From positions 448,001 through 512,000 of the forward strand of contig CAWDVR010000002.1 of assembly GCA_963805975.1 (NCBI GenBank): DNA of 64,000 nt, written 5' to 3'. The DNA is from an uncultured Acidobacteriota bacterium. Its GTDB lineage: Bacteria; Acidobacteriota; Thermoanaerobaculia; Multivoradales; SZUA-115. The notes beneath the pieces were generated by a model that saw only the letters and a list, made by a program, of their open reading frames with translations, was not told the DNA's origin and did not search any database. The position numbers and the translations under genes were made by a program. Position 1 is the first letter of the stretch; every line of letters starts with the position of its first letter. This document shows, one piece after another, positions 30,523-40,772 of the stretch.

Positions 30523-33500
30523 ATGCGCCCAGCTTTGACCCGCTTGCCAGCCCTCTGCCGCGCCCTCGTCGCCGTCGCCGCGCTCGCCGGCCTGTCCGCG
30601 CCGCTCTCGGCCACCAGCTACATGATGATCACGGACACCGCGCTCACCGACCAGGCGGCGGCCATCGCCGAGGTCAAGGTACTGTCGAGCGAGGCGTCGC
30701 CGGATGGAGAGCGGGTGGCGACCGACTATCTGGTCGAGGTCGAGCGCGTGGTCAAGGGCTTCGTGGCGGGAAGCAGCCTGATCGTGCGCGTGATCGGCGG
30801 CGAGCGGCCGGACGGCACGTCGCTCCACGTCTGGGGTGCGCCGCGCTTCGCACCCGGGGAAAAAGCCCTCCTCTTTCTGCGGCCGAACGAGGACGGCTCC
30901 TTCGGCATCCTGCACCTGATGCTGGGCGCCTTCCATCGCTTCGAGCTCTCCGGCAAGGCCTACGCGCTGCGCGAGCTCGAGGAGGCGACGGAGATCCTGA
31001 ACCCGTTCACCGGCAAGGCCCTCTCCGACGAGCGGCTGCCGCGTGACTACGAGGCGTTCGTCGACTGGCTGGCGGCCTATGCCGAAGGCAGCAGGCGACC
31101 GGCCGACTACCTGGTGAGCGGCCCGCCCGAGAAGCTGCGCTCGATCGCCGACAAGTTCAGCCTGCTGCGCGACCGGACGGTGGACCGAAACCTCCGCTGG
31201 TTCGAGTTCGACAGCGGCGGCAGCGTCGAGTGGCGGGCCCACCAGAGCGGCCAGGCCGGCGTGCCGGGGGGTGGGTTCGGCGCCTTCCAGGCCGCGCTGG
31301 CGGCGTGGAACGTCGACCCTTCCACTCCGATCAACCTCGTCTACCGTGGCACGACCGCTGCGACCGGGGGCTTCGACGACAACGGCGACGGCCTCAACAC
31401 CATCCTGTTCAACGACCCGAACGCCGAGATCGAGGGCACCTTCGAGTGCGCCTCGGGTGGCGTGCTGGCGATCGGCGGGCCGCGCTACGACTGGGACGCG
31501 CGCGGCACCTTCAACGGCCGCGAGTACCTGCGTATCCTGGAAGCCGAGATCATCTCGAACGACGGCATCTCCTGCTACCTGATCGAGTCCGGCAACCCCG
31601 CCAGGACGGCGGAGGAGATCTTCGGCCACGAGCTCGGCCACACGCTCGGCCTCGGTCACTCCTGCGGCGACGGCTCGACCCCGGGCTGCGCCACTCGGCC
31701 CGAGCTCGACGACGCGCTGATGCGGGCCCGGGCCCACGGCGACGGTCGCGGGGCGCGCCTGGCCCAGGATGACCTCGCCGGGTCGCGCTCGCTCTACCGG
31801 CAGACCAGCGGCGGGGGCGGTGGTGGGGGCGGCGGGCCCGCCGCACCGGCCAACCTGGTCGCCGTGCTCGATGGGCTCGACGCCCAACTGAGCTGGCAGG
31901 ACAGCGCCGCGAATGAGCTCGGCTACCGCGTGTATCGCCGCACCGGCAACGGCGCCTTCACGCGCCTCGCGGAGCTGCCGGCAGGGACCGTGAGCTACCT
32001 GGACCGCGACCTCGCGGCCTCGACCTCCTACGGTTACCAGGTCGGAGCGTTCAACAACCAGGGTGAGAAGAAGAGCGCGGTGGTCGGCGTGACGACCCCC
32101 GCCGTCACCCCGATCACCGTCGCCGTCGACGCTCCCTCGGGCCCGATCACCGCCGGCGAGCCGTTCACGCTCACGGCGACCTTCACCGGGCCCGGCGAGA
32201 GCGCCGACTGGACCTTCGGCGGCAACACCGCCGGCGTGTCGCAGGAACCCTGCGACGCCGGCCGCTTCTGTGCCACCCACATCTTCCGCGCTGCCGGCAC
32301 TTACACGGTCGCGATCGACGTGCTGGGCGACCTGGGCCAGACGGCAGAAGGCAGTCGCACGGTGACCGTCATCGGTTCCCCGGCGGCCTTCACCACCGAG
32401 GAGTCGCTGATCCAGAGCGTGATCTTCGGCCCGCGCGGCGACACCGGCACCTTCAAGAGCAATTGCTGGGTGCACAACGCGGGCGACGAGGCGGCGCTGG
32501 TCGAGATCTCCTACCTGCTGCGCGGCAGCTCCAATCCCGCGCCCGAGACCCGCGAGCTGGTGGTCGACGGCGGCTCTTCCGTGCTGCTAGAGAACCTGGT
32601 CTCGCGGCTCTTCGGCGAGACCAACAGCCAGGGGGCCCTGGCGCTCGCCTACCACGCTCCCGGCGGCGACCCGAGCCCGGACGTGCGCACCGTCTGCCGC
32701 TCGTTCGTCGAGCTGCCCGGCAGCGCCGCGAGCTTCGGCCTCTTCGTTCCCGAGAACGTCGCCTCCACCTGGACCGCCGAGCCGAAGGTGGCGGCCGGGG
32801 TGCTCGAGGGCGGCGGCTTCGCGTCGAACGTCCAGGCCTTCAACGTGGACGCGAGCGGCGGCACGGTCTTCGTCGAGGTGCTCGACGCCAACGGGCTGGC
32901 CCTGGGCCCGCCGGCCGGCCTCGCCTTGGGTGGCCGCAGCATACGCTCCCGCCCGCTCGCCCAGCTCTATCCCGGCGCCGGCAGCCGGCCCGGCCCCTTC
33001 ACCGCCCGCTTCACCTCGACCGGCATCCGCTTCGTCGCCTCGGTGACTCTCCTCGAGCTCGCTTCCGAGGACCAGATCTTCGTCAACGCCGCGCCGGCCG
33101 ACACGGCCAACCCCGTGTTCGTGCCCCGCATCTCGCGTGCGCAGGGCCAGTTCAACGCCTTCCTGGTCAGCCAGCTGATCGCCAAGAACAACTCGGCAGA
33201 GGCGACCACGCTCGAGATCCAGCTCTGGAAGCGCGGTGAGGCGAACCTCGCCCCGCAGACCGTCACCCGGGTGATCCCCGGCAGCGGCGTGTTGGTGGTG
33301 GGGGACGTCATCCAGGACCTCTTCGGCCTCGCGGAAGGGGCCGGCGCCTTGCGCATCTCGTGGTCGAACGCCGACAACCTGGCGCCTCGCATCCAGACCT
33401 ACTCGTTCAACCAGAGCCAGGGCGGGCAGGGCGCCCGTTTCGGCATGCTAGTCGACTCCCGGCCGGCCGCCTCGGCCACGGCGGCGGCGGGCCATGACTT

Positions 33501-33810
33501 CGGCGCCGAGCAGTCCGCGCTCTTCCGCGCCGACTTCGGGCTGCTGAACCTCGGCACCGGCGGCACCCAGGTGAAGGCCGTCCTGCGCGAAGCCGATGGC
33601 GACGTCCGGGCGACGGCCACGCTCATCCTGCAGCCGCAGCAGCACCTGGAGCGCAACGTGGCCGGCATCTTCCAGAACGTGGCGATCGGTGAAGGCAGGA
33701 ACTGGACGGTCGAGACCGAGGTGCTGGCGGGTGGTCCGATCCTCTCCTACCTGGCCAACATCAACGCCAGCGGCGACATCTTCTTCGTCCCCGGACGACC
33801 CAAAGAATAA
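30523..33810 (+). CDS. Secreted metzincin (matrixin-like) metalloprotease with FN3, PKD-like and unknown C-terminal domains
   Basis: Signal peptide; HELGHTLGLGH plus Met-turn ALM; Gly linker; FN3 (PAAPANL..LSWQD..YQVGAFN); PKD-like WTFG..HIF..GTYTV. Confidence 0.85.
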   Translation: MRPALTRLPALCRALVAVAALAGLSAPLSATSYMMITDTALTDQAAAIAEVKVLSSEASPDGERVATDYLVEVERVVKGFVAGSSLIVRVIGGERPDGTSLHVWGAPRFAPGEKALLFLRPNEDGSFGILHLMLGAFHRFELSGKAYALRELEEATEILNPFTGKALSDERLPRDYEAFVDWLAAYAEGSRRPADYLVSGPPEKLRSIADKFSLLRDRTVDRNLRWFEFDSGGSVEWRAHQSGQAGVPGGGFGAFQAALAAWNVDPSTPINLVYRGTTAATGGFDDNGDGLNTILFNDPNAEIEGTFECASGGVLAIGGPRYDWDARGTFNGREYLRILEAEIISNDGISCYLIESGNPARTAEEIFGHELGHTLGLGHSCGDGSTPGCATRPELDDALMRARAHGDGRGARLAQDDLAGSRSLYRQTSGGGGGGGGGPAAPANLVAVLDGLDAQLSWQDSAANELGYRVYRRTGNGAFTRLAELPAGTVSYLDRDLAASTSYGYQVGAFNNQGEKKSAVVGVTTPAVTPITVAVDAPSGPITAGEPFTLTATFTGPGESADWTFGGNTAGVSQEPCDAGRFCATHIFRAAGTYTVAIDVLGDLGQTAEGSRTVTVIGSPAAFTTEESLIQSVIFGPRGDTGTFKSNCWVHNAGDEAALVEISYLLRGSSNPAPETRELVVDGGSSVLLENLVSRLFGETNSQGALALAYHAPGGDPSPDVRTVCRSFVELPGSAASFGLFVPENVASTWTAEPKVAAGVLEGGGFASNVQAFNVDASGGTVFVEVLDANGLALGPPAGLALGGRSIRSRPLAQLYPGAGSRPGPFTARFTSTGIRFVASVTLLELASEDQIFVNAAPADTANPVFVPRISRAQGQFNAFLVSQLIAKNNSAEATTLEIQLWKRGEANLAPQTVTRVIPGSGVLVVGDVIQDLFGLAEGAGALRISWSNADNLAPRIQTYSFNQSQGGQGARFGMLVDSRPAASATAAAGHDFGAEQSALFRADFGLLNLGTGGTQVKAVLREADGDVRATATLILQPQQHLERNVAGIFQNVAIGEGRNWTVETEVLAGGPILSYLANINASGDIFFVPGRPKE

Positions 33811-34081
33811 GTCGGAACGCCGGCTCACAAGCCGGCGCGCAACTACGCTGCCCCGCGGCCAGCCCGCGGCGCGGGCAGCCTTCTTCAACGCTCCGAAGCA
33901 CTGAGTATAACTTCTTTCCTGTCAGCCAGTTGCGAGGTTTGCACAGGAACCTGTTCAAAACGCTGTAACGCCTTGAAATCGGCCTCAAACTCGATCTGGC
34001 GAGGCCTTTTCCGCGGAGTTTTCCGCAGCGGCTGTGGAGATCTCTCGCGGCGCGCCGCGAAACCCCTGCCAGATATTGAGG

Positions 34082-36079
34082 TTAGGGCCCTCGGCCCGGC
34101 CACGGCAGCGGCGGAGCACAGCTCTCTCGGGGAAACGCCGCGGCTTCCGAGCTCCGCAGCACCGCTGCCGCCGGCATCGTGATCTCGCGCAGCCGCGACG
34201 CGGAGACCGGCACCGAGAACCACTCGGTGGTCCAGGGGAGGAGCCGGAAGGCGTAGAGCGAAGCCCCGCCCTGGAGGTCGTCGAAGCCCAACCCCAGGGC
34301 AGCCTCGCCACCGTCCTCGCTCACCGCCTGCACCAGGAGCGCCGCCATGGCTTCCCGCCAGCCGGGGTCGATGCCGGGCCAGGCGAGGAGCGCTCGCCGC
34401 GCCTCGGGCACCAGCTCCGGGCTCTCCTGCCACAGCCTGGCCGCCGCCAGGCGCGGCTCCGCGAGCAACGCCCGCACGCCGCAGAGCGCGGCATCCGAGC
34501 GGCCGGGGTCGATCGCCGCCAGCAGGTACGGGGCCGCAGCGGCGAGAGGGTCGAGAGCGAGGGCGCGCCGCAGCATGCCCTCGGCCTCCTCACTCAGGTC
34601 CGCGGGCTGCCTCTCGGCCAACATCGCCGCCGACACCCACAGCATGCCGAGGCCGCGCGCCTCGAGCGCGGCGCCGTAGGCAAGCTCCGCGTTGCCCTCG
34701 CCGCACCAGGCGAGCCGGGCGCGATAGAGCGGCAGGCGGGGATCGAGGCGCGCGGCCTCCTCGAGGTCGATACAGGCTTCCTCCGGCGTGCTGGCCTGCC
34801 TCGCCTGCTCGTACGCCTGCCGTGCCTGGGAAACACGCCAGGACGCCGGTAGGACCACGAGCAGCAAGCCGGCCGCCAACACCACCGGCAGCCAGCGCAG
34901 CCCGCCCCCCATTCGGCTCTTGAGGGCTCGGCGCTCGGGGGCTCTGCTCTCGCCGGCCGCCAGCACCGCGCCGCAGGCGACGGCCATGGCCAAAGGCACG
35001 GCGGTGACCGCCAGCCACGCCTCCGCCAGACCGCCGGCGGCGCCGCCGGCCAGGGAAGCGACCCCTGCCACGAGCAGAGTCGGGTCTGCCGCCCGACCTC
35101 CCGGACGCAGAGCCCGCCACAGAAAGAACACGAACGCCGTGACGAGGAGCGCCAGGCCCGGCAGACCCAGCTCGTAGGCGAGTTGCAACGGCGAGCTGTG
35201 GAGCGTACCGACCACCTCCGACGGCGGGTTGATCCCCGGCCGCGGCGAGAGATGCTCCGCGATCGTCCACGGCACCGAGCCGCTCCCCCAGCCGAGGAGC
35301 GGACGCTCGAGGATCCCCTCCCAGCCGGCTCGCCAGTAGGTCGCGCGGGCGGCGAGCGAGGGGTCCGCACCGGCGGTGAGAGAGGCCAGCCGCGGCCCCT
35401 GGAAGGCGAGCGCCGCCAGGGCCGCGGCGGCGAGCCACAGCCGGTAGCGCCCGAACCACAGCGCGGCGAACGCCGCCTCGACGGCCAGCGCCAGGGCGCC
35501 GGCAAGCGAGCGGGTGGCAACGAGCGCTGCCAGCCCGGTGAGGCAGGCGAGCCCGGCCAGAGTGCGGTGGAGCCCACGCTCGCGCAGACCGACCGCGGCC
35601 AGCGGCAGCCCGATCACCAGCCAGGCCGCGAGGAGGTTGTGATGCCCGAGGGGAAGCGCCGGCCGGGGATCGCCCGCCAGCAGCCAGCGGCCGAGCGCCC
35701 AGACGGAAAGGACGAAGATCACGGCGGCGACCCCCGCCAGGCCTCGCCGTCGCTCCTCCGGCCCACGCCAGCAAGCCGCGACCAACCAGGGAACGCCGAG
35801 CCAGAGCGTCACGGGCAGGAGAGGGCCGCCCTGGGCCGCGGCGAAGCCCGAAAGGGCCGCGCTCAGCCCGAGCACCGCCGCCGGCACGGCCAGCGGCAGC
35901 CAGCTCCAGAGCGAGAGCCGCGGCAGGCGGTCCAGGGCGTGGAGCAGGAGAACGGCCGCCCCCACCGCGAGCAGGGCGATCTCCGCCGTCAGGCCACCCG
36001 CCGCCGTGCTCCCGCCGCCCAGCGTGCCGCACCAGGCCGCGAAGACGGCGAGCAGCACGGCCGGCAGGAGGGCGCGCAC
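34082..36079 (-). CDS. O-antigen-ligase-family membrane protein with C-terminal TPR-like region
   Basis: Many TM helices, GHHNLLA, ATRSLAG, R..YW..RPLLGWG, LHSSPLQLAYELG. Confidence 0.8.
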   Translation of the reverse strand: MRALLPAVLLAVFAAWCGTLGGGSTAAGGLTAEIALLAVGAAVLLLHALDRLPRLSLWSWLPLAVPAAVLGLSAALSGFAAAQGGPLLPVTLWLGVPWLVAACWRGPEERRRGLAGVAAVIFVLSVWALGRWLLAGDPRPALPLGHHNLLAAWLVIGLPLAAVGLRERGLHRTLAGLACLTGLAALVATRSLAGALALAVEAAFAALWFGRYRLWLAAAALAALAFQGPRLASLTAGADPSLAARATYWRAGWEGILERPLLGWGSGSVPWTIAEHLSPRPGINPPSEVVGTLHSSPLQLAYELGLPGLALLVTAFVFFLWRALRPGGRAADPTLLVAGVASLAGGAAGGLAEAWLAVTAVPLAMAVACGAVLAAGESRAPERRALKSRMGGGLRWLPVVLAAGLLLVVLPASWRVSQARQAYEQARQASTPEEACIDLEEAARLDPRLPLYRARLAWCGEGNAELAYGAALEARGLGMLWVSAAMLAERQPADLSEEAEGMLRRALALDPLAAAAPYLLAAIDPGRSDAALCGVRALLAEPRLAAARLWQESPELVPEARRALLAWPGIDPGWREAMAALLVQAVSEDGGEAALGLGFDDLQGGASLYAFRLLPWTTEWFSVPVSASRLREITMPAAAVLRSSEAAAFPRESCAPPLPWPGRGP

Positions 36080-36221
36080 CGCGGCATTGTACGAGTGTGA
36101 GCTCTCCCCGGAAGGTCGAGCCCGGCCTTTGCGATATCCTCGGCCCTCGCCGCCCGCCGGGCCGGGGGCACCCGAGCCCCGGTGCGCAAGTCAGCGGGCG
36201 GCCAACCCTGGAGACAGATCC

Positions 36222-37757
36222 ATGACTGTAGCGACTGAGTCCCAGGTCGAGCGCCTGCTCGCCGACCTCGAGCTGTCCGACGACAACCCGGGCGCCTTCG
36301 ACGGCGTCTGGATCGACACTCGCGGCGAGCGCGTGGTGTCTTTGAACCCGGCCACGGGCGAGCCGATCGCCTCCGTGCGCCAGGCGACCGCCGCCGACTA
36401 CGAGCGCGTGGCGGCCGCGGCCCACCAGGCGTTCCTCGACTGGCGCACCTGGCCGGCGCCCCGGCGCGGCGAGGTGGTGCGCCTCTTGGGCGAAGAGCTG
36501 CGGCGCCTGAAAGAGCCGCTCGGCCGGCTGGTGTCGCTCGAGGTGGGCAAGATCTCGAGCGAGGGCCAGGGCGAGGTGCAGGAGATGATCGACATGTGCG
36601 ACTTCGCCGTCGGCCTGTCGCGCCAGCTCTACGGCCTCTCCATGCACTCCGAACGGCCCCAGCACCGCATGTTCGAGCAGTGGCACCCGCTGGGCGTGGT
36701 AGGCATCATCTCCGCCTTCAACTTCCCGGTCGCGGTGTGGTCCTGGAACGCGGCGCTCGCCGCCGTCTGCGGCGACTCGATGATCTGGAAGCCGTCGCAC
36801 CAGGCGCCGCTGACCGCGCTCGCCGTCACCAAGATCGCCGAGCGGGTGCTGAAGGCTTCGGGAGCGCCGCCGATCTTCACCCTCGCCATGGGCGACCGCA
36901 AGGAGGTCGGTGAGCGCATGACGGCCGATCCACGGGTGGCCCTGGTGTCGGCCACCGGCTCGACGCGCATGGGCCGCGAGGTGGGCAAGGCGCTCTCCGA
37001 ACGCTTCGGCCGCGCGCTCCTCGAGCTGGGCGGCAACAACGGCATCGTGGTGATGGACGACGCCGATCTCGACCTCGCCCTCCGCGCCGTGCTGTTCGCG
37101 GCCGTGGGCACCGCCGGCCAGCGCTGCACCACCACCCGGCGGCTCTTCCTGCAAAAGGGCATCGCCGCCGAGATGAAGCGCCGGCTGGTCGAGGCCTACG
37201 GCTCGATCCGCATCGGTGATCCGCTGGTCCCGGGAACGCTCATGGGCCCGGTGATCGACGAGACGGCGATCTCCAACATGATGGCGGCGCTCGAGGTGGT
37301 GAAGACCCAGGGCGGGCGCATCCTCTACGGCGGCCGGCGGCTGGACCGGCCCGGCTTCTTCGTCGAGCCGACGCTGGTCGAGGCCGTGCCGCACATGCCG
37401 ATCACCTGCGAGGAGACCTTCGCACCGATCCTCTACCTCTTCGAGTTCGAGGGCCTGGGCGAGGCGATCGAGCTGCACAACAGTGTGCCGCAGGGCCTGT
37501 CGTCGGCGATCTTCACGCTCAACATGCGCTCTGCCGAGCGCTTCCTGGCCGCGACCGGCAGCGACTGCGGCATCGCCAACGTCAACATCGGCACCTCGGG
37601 GGCGGAGATCGGCGGCGCCTTCGGCGGCGAGAAGGAGACCGGTGGCGGGCGCGAGGCGGGCTCGGACTCCTGGAAGCTCTACATGCGCCGGCAGACCTGC
37701 ACGGTGAACTGGGGCGAGGCGCTGCCGCTCGCCCAGGGTGTCGAGTTCGACGTCTAG
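36222..37757 (+). CDS. Aldehyde dehydrogenase, ALDH7/piperideine-6-carboxylate dehydrogenase type
   Basis: GEVQEMIDMCDFAVGLSR, ISAFNFPVAVWSWN, LELGGNN, GTAGQRCT, GAEIGGAFGGEKETGGGRE. Confidence 0.92.
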   Translation: MTVATESQVERLLADLELSDDNPGAFDGVWIDTRGERVVSLNPATGEPIASVRQATAADYERVAAAAHQAFLDWRTWPAPRRGEVVRLLGEELRRLKEPLGRLVSLEVGKISSEGQGEVQEMIDMCDFAVGLSRQLYGLSMHSERPQHRMFEQWHPLGVVGIISAFNFPVAVWSWNAALAAVCGDSMIWKPSHQAPLTALAVTKIAERVLKASGAPPIFTLAMGDRKEVGERMTADPRVALVSATGSTRMGREVGKALSERFGRALLELGGNNGIVVMDDADLDLALRAVLFAAVGTAGQRCTTTRRLFLQKGIAAEMKRRLVEAYGSIRIGDPLVPGTLMGPVIDETAISNMMAALEVVKTQGGRILYGGRRLDRPGFFVEPTLVEAVPHMPITCEETFAPILYLFEFEGLGEAIELHNSVPQGLSSAIFTLNMRSAERFLAATGSDCGIANVNIGTSGAEIGGAFGGEKETGGGREAGSDSWKLYMRRQTCTVNWGEALPLAQGVEFDV

Positions 37758-37769
37758 ACGAGGCCGGCG

Positions 37770-39053
37770 TCAGGCCAGCCGCAGCACGTGGTACGACTTC
37801 TTGCCGCGGCGCAGGATGACGAACTCCCCGGCCAGCACGTCGGCCTCGCCGACCACATGGCCGGGATCGGCGACGCGCCGGTTGTTGAGGTAGACGCCGC
37901 CGGCCGCGATGGCGGTTCGCGCCTGGGCCTTCGACGGGGCGAGCCCGGAGGCCGCCAGGACCGCGGGGAGCGCCGCCTCCGCGGTCCCCAGGGCCGCTCG
38001 CGGCAGCGCGGTCGAAGGCGCCTGCGCGAACGCCTCGCGCACCGCCTGGTCCGAGAGCGACGCCAGATCCTCGCCGCGGAAGAGCACCTGCGCCGTGTGC
38101 TCGGCCCTCTCCACCGCCGCGGCACCGTGCACGGCACGGGTGACCTCTCCGGCGAGCACCCGTTGCGCCTCGCGCTTCTCCGGCTCGGCCTCGGCCACGC
38201 GGGCCAGCTCTTCGATCTCGGCCAGCGGCATGAAGGTGAAGCTCTTCAGGTAGCGGACGACGTCGGAGTCCTCGGTGTTGTACCAGAACTGGTAGAGCTC
38301 GTAGGGCGAGGTCAGCTCGGGATCGAGCCACACGTTGCCCTGCTCGGACTTGCCGAACTTCTTGCCGTCGGCGCGGGTCATCAAGGGCATCGTGAGCCCG
38401 AAGGCGAGGGCGCCCCGCTGGCGGCGGATGAGGTCGGCGCCGGCGACGATGTTCCCCCACTGGTCGCTGCCCCCCATCTGCAGCCGGCAGCCGTAGCGGT
38501 CGTAGAGCTCCTGGAAGTCGTAGGCCTGGAGCAGGGAGTATGAGAACTCGGTGAAGGAGATCCCCTGATCGCGCGACTCCAGGCGCACGCGCACCGAGTC
38601 CTTGGCCACCATCGCGTTGACCGAGAAATGCTTGCCGACGTCGCGCAGGAAGTCGATCAGGTTGAGCGAGCAGAGCCAGTCCGCGTTGTCGACCAGCACC
38701 GCGCCGCGCGGGCCCTCGAAGTCGAGGAACTTCTCGAGCTGCGAGCGCAGGCCGGCGAGGTTCTGCGCCAGCCTCTCGCGGGTCAGCATCGGGCGCTCGG
38801 ACTCTTTGCCGGAAGGGTCGCCGATCAGGCCGGTGCCGCCCCCGACGAGGGCGATCGGGCGATGGCCCGCACGCTGCAGGCGCGCCAGGGCCAGGGCCGG
38901 CAACAGGCTGCCGACGTGCAGGCTGGCGGCCGTGGGGTCGAAGCCGATGTAGGCGGTGAGCGGCTCCGAGCCCATCAACGTTCGGAGCTCCGGCGCCGTG
39001 ACCTGGTGTACCAGGCCGCGCTGCTCGAGATCGGAAACAAAGCTCGCGTTCAT
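37770..39053 (-). CDS. tyrS: Tyrosine--tRNA ligase
   Basis: YIGFDPTAASLHVG (HIGH), QMGGSDQWGNI, KFGKS (KMSKS), C-terminal S4 LRRGKK. Confidence 0.96.
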   Translation of the reverse strand: MNASFVSDLEQRGLVHQVTAPELRTLMGSEPLTAYIGFDPTAASLHVGSLLPALALARLQRAGHRPIALVGGGTGLIGDPSGKESERPMLTRERLAQNLAGLRSQLEKFLDFEGPRGAVLVDNADWLCSLNLIDFLRDVGKHFSVNAMVAKDSVRVRLESRDQGISFTEFSYSLLQAYDFQELYDRYGCRLQMGGSDQWGNIVAGADLIRRQRGALAFGLTMPLMTRADGKKFGKSEQGNVWLDPELTSPYELYQFWYNTEDSDVVRYLKSFTFMPLAEIEELARVAEAEPEKREAQRVLAGEVTRAVHGAAAVERAEHTAQVLFRGEDLASLSDQAVREAFAQAPSTALPRAALGTAEAALPAVLAASGLAPSKAQARTAIAAGGVYLNNRRVADPGHVVGEADVLAGEFVILRRGKKSYHVLRLA

Positions 39054-39105
39054 CTCGGCCGGCCACTCGGTGAGCGATCGATCGTACAGGCCGCTCTCCG
39101 AGAGG

Positions 39106-40005
39106 TCAAACCTTTGGGCCCGGAGCATCTCGGCGATCGGGCCGGACCGCGGCGAGCGCCCCGGGCACCACCTCGAAGCGCATGCCCTCCGGCCCCACCG
39201 GCACCAGGCGCTCGCCGTCGCCGTAGACGTGCATCGGCCGGTCGAGACGGACGTGGGCCCAGGGGGTCTGCACGGTGAAGACCGCCGGATGCCCGAGATG
39301 AGTGCCCTTGTAGACCTTGGGGAAAACGCGGAGGAAGGTGGCCCGCGACACTTTCCTCACCACCACCAGGTCCAGCAGGCCGTCGTCGAGCCGCGCCTCG
39401 GGGGCGACCCGCATGCCGCCGCCGAAACGCGGTGTATTGGCCGCGAGCATCATCATCCCCTCGCCCGCGAAGCGGCCGCCCTCGAAGTCGATCGTGTAGG
39501 CCAGGGGCCTGAAGGTGGCGAGCGTGTGGAGCACGGCGTAGACGTAGATCAGCGGCCCGCGCAGCCGCCGCACGCGGTTCGCAGTCTCGTTGGCCACGCT
39601 GTCGAAGCCGACCCCCGCCACCCCGCCGTAGAGGCGGTCGCCGACGCGCACCAGGTCGATCGGCGACGCGGGCGCGGTGAGACCTGCCTTGACCGCCGCT
39701 TCGAGGTCGAGCGGCATGCCGAGCGAGCAGGCGATGTCGTTGCCGCTGCCGAGCGGCAGGGCCCCGAGGGCACAGGACGAGCCGGCCAGACCCTGGAGGA
39801 CGTAGTGCATCGTGCCGTCACCGCCCGCCGTGAGCAGGCGGGTGGCGCCGTCGGCGACCGCCCGCCGCGCCTCCCGGGTGAGGTCGGCGGCGTCCCGGCT
39901 CGCGACGAGCTCGGCCCCCTCCTCGGCGGCGAGCCGCCCGAGGCGGGCCGCGGAGCGGGCGGCGCGGCCCCGCCCGCCGCCGGGGTTGAGCAGGAACCGG
40001 ATCAC
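39106..40005 (-). CDS. Diacylglycerol/lipid kinase family (YegS-like)
   Basis: NPGGG, AGGDGT, PLGSGND, GVGFDS, DDGLLD, DGE. Confidence 0.9.
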   Translation of the reverse strand: MIRFLLNPGGGRGRAARSAARLGRLAAEEGAELVASRDAADLTREARRAVADGATRLLTAGGDGTMHYVLQGLAGSSCALGALPLGSGNDIACSLGMPLDLEAAVKAGLTAPASPIDLVRVGDRLYGGVAGVGFDSVANETANRVRRLRGPLIYVYAVLHTLATFRPLAYTIDFEGGRFAGEGMMMLAANTPRFGGGMRVAPEARLDDGLLDLVVVRKVSRATFLRVFPKVYKGTHLGHPAVFTVQTPWAHVRLDRPMHVYGDGERLVPVGPEGMRFEVVPGALAAVRPDRRDAPGPKV

Positions 40006-40051
40006 GAGGCCGCGATTCTACGGGATGGGCCTCTGCGGGTAGGATTCGCCT

Positions 40052-40375
40052 ATGCCCAAGCCGCGGTTCCAGATCCTGGTCTGCACCAACGAGCGCGAGC
40101 CCGGCGCCAAGAAGCCGAGCTGCGGCCCGCGCGGCGCTCTGGAGGTCTACCGCCAGCTCAAGGACCGCGTCAAGGAGCGCGGCCTGCGCGGCGAGGTGAT
40201 GGTGGTGCGTACCGGCTGCCTCAAGCACTGCAGCCGCGGCATCACCGTGGCCTGCTGGCCCCAGAACGCCTGGTACGCGCGGGTGGGGACCAAGGACGTG
40301 GACGAGATCCTCGATGCCACGGTGAGCGGGAGAGAGGTGGATCGGCTCAAGATGCCGGACATTCCGTGGGAGTGA
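40052..40375 (+). CDS. Thioredoxin-like [2Fe-2S] ferredoxin
   Basis: VCTNER..SC..RTGCLKHC..P..WY. Confidence 0.85.
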   Translation: MPKPRFQILVCTNEREPGAKKPSCGPRGALEVYRQLKDRVKERGLRGEVMVVRTGCLKHCSRGITVACWPQNAWYARVGTKDVDEILDATVSGREVDRLKMPDIPWE

Positions 40376-40397
40376 GCGGGGGCCTGAGGCCTCGCGC

Positions 40398-40772
40398 TCA
40401 CTTCTTGGCCAGGTAGATCACACCGGGGAGCTCCGCAAAGTCCACGTCGCTGGTGATGAGCTCCGCCGCGTGTACGAGCGCAGTGGCGTAGACCACGGCG
40501 TCGGCCATCGCCAGGCGATGCTCCAGGCCGAGGTCAGCCGCACCGAGCGCCAGGCTTGGGCTCAAGGGGACCAGCTTGCCTTTTTCCATGCTGGCGACGA
40601 CCAAGAGTGCCGAATCTTCTCCACGGACTCGTTTCGTCCAGCGGTAGACCTCGTACATCACGATCGTCGGAATGAGCAGCTCCGAAGGGTCGGCGAGATG
40701 GGCCTGGTACGCATCAGCCAACGGGCCGTCGCTGAGCAGCTCGATCCAGCCGGAGGAATCCACCAGCTTCAA
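40398..40772 (-). CDS. vapC: PIN-domain VapC toxin
   Basis: LVDSSGWIE, YEV, MADAVVYATA, ITSDVDF acidic tetrad; 4-nt overlap with antitoxin. Confidence 0.88.
   Translation of the reverse strand: MKLVDSSGWIELLSDGPLADAYQAHLADPSELLIPTIVMYEVYRWTKRVRGEDSALLVVASMEKGKLVPLSPSLALGAADLGLEHRLAMADAVVYATALVHAAELITSDVDFAELPGVIYLAKK

Noticed and set aside
29491-32475. Long antisense and alternate-frame ORFs (e.g. 994 aa here, 34590-37478, 44803-47124, 61011-63623)
   Set aside because: Arg/Ala/Gly/Pro-rich shadow frames expected in high-GC DNA; where a real gene lies at the 3' end the start was trimmed
33811-34081. oriC
   Set aside because: No perfect DnaA box, no dnaA nearby, and highly expressed genes point the same way on both sides; kept only as a weaker nucleoprotein-site hypothesis
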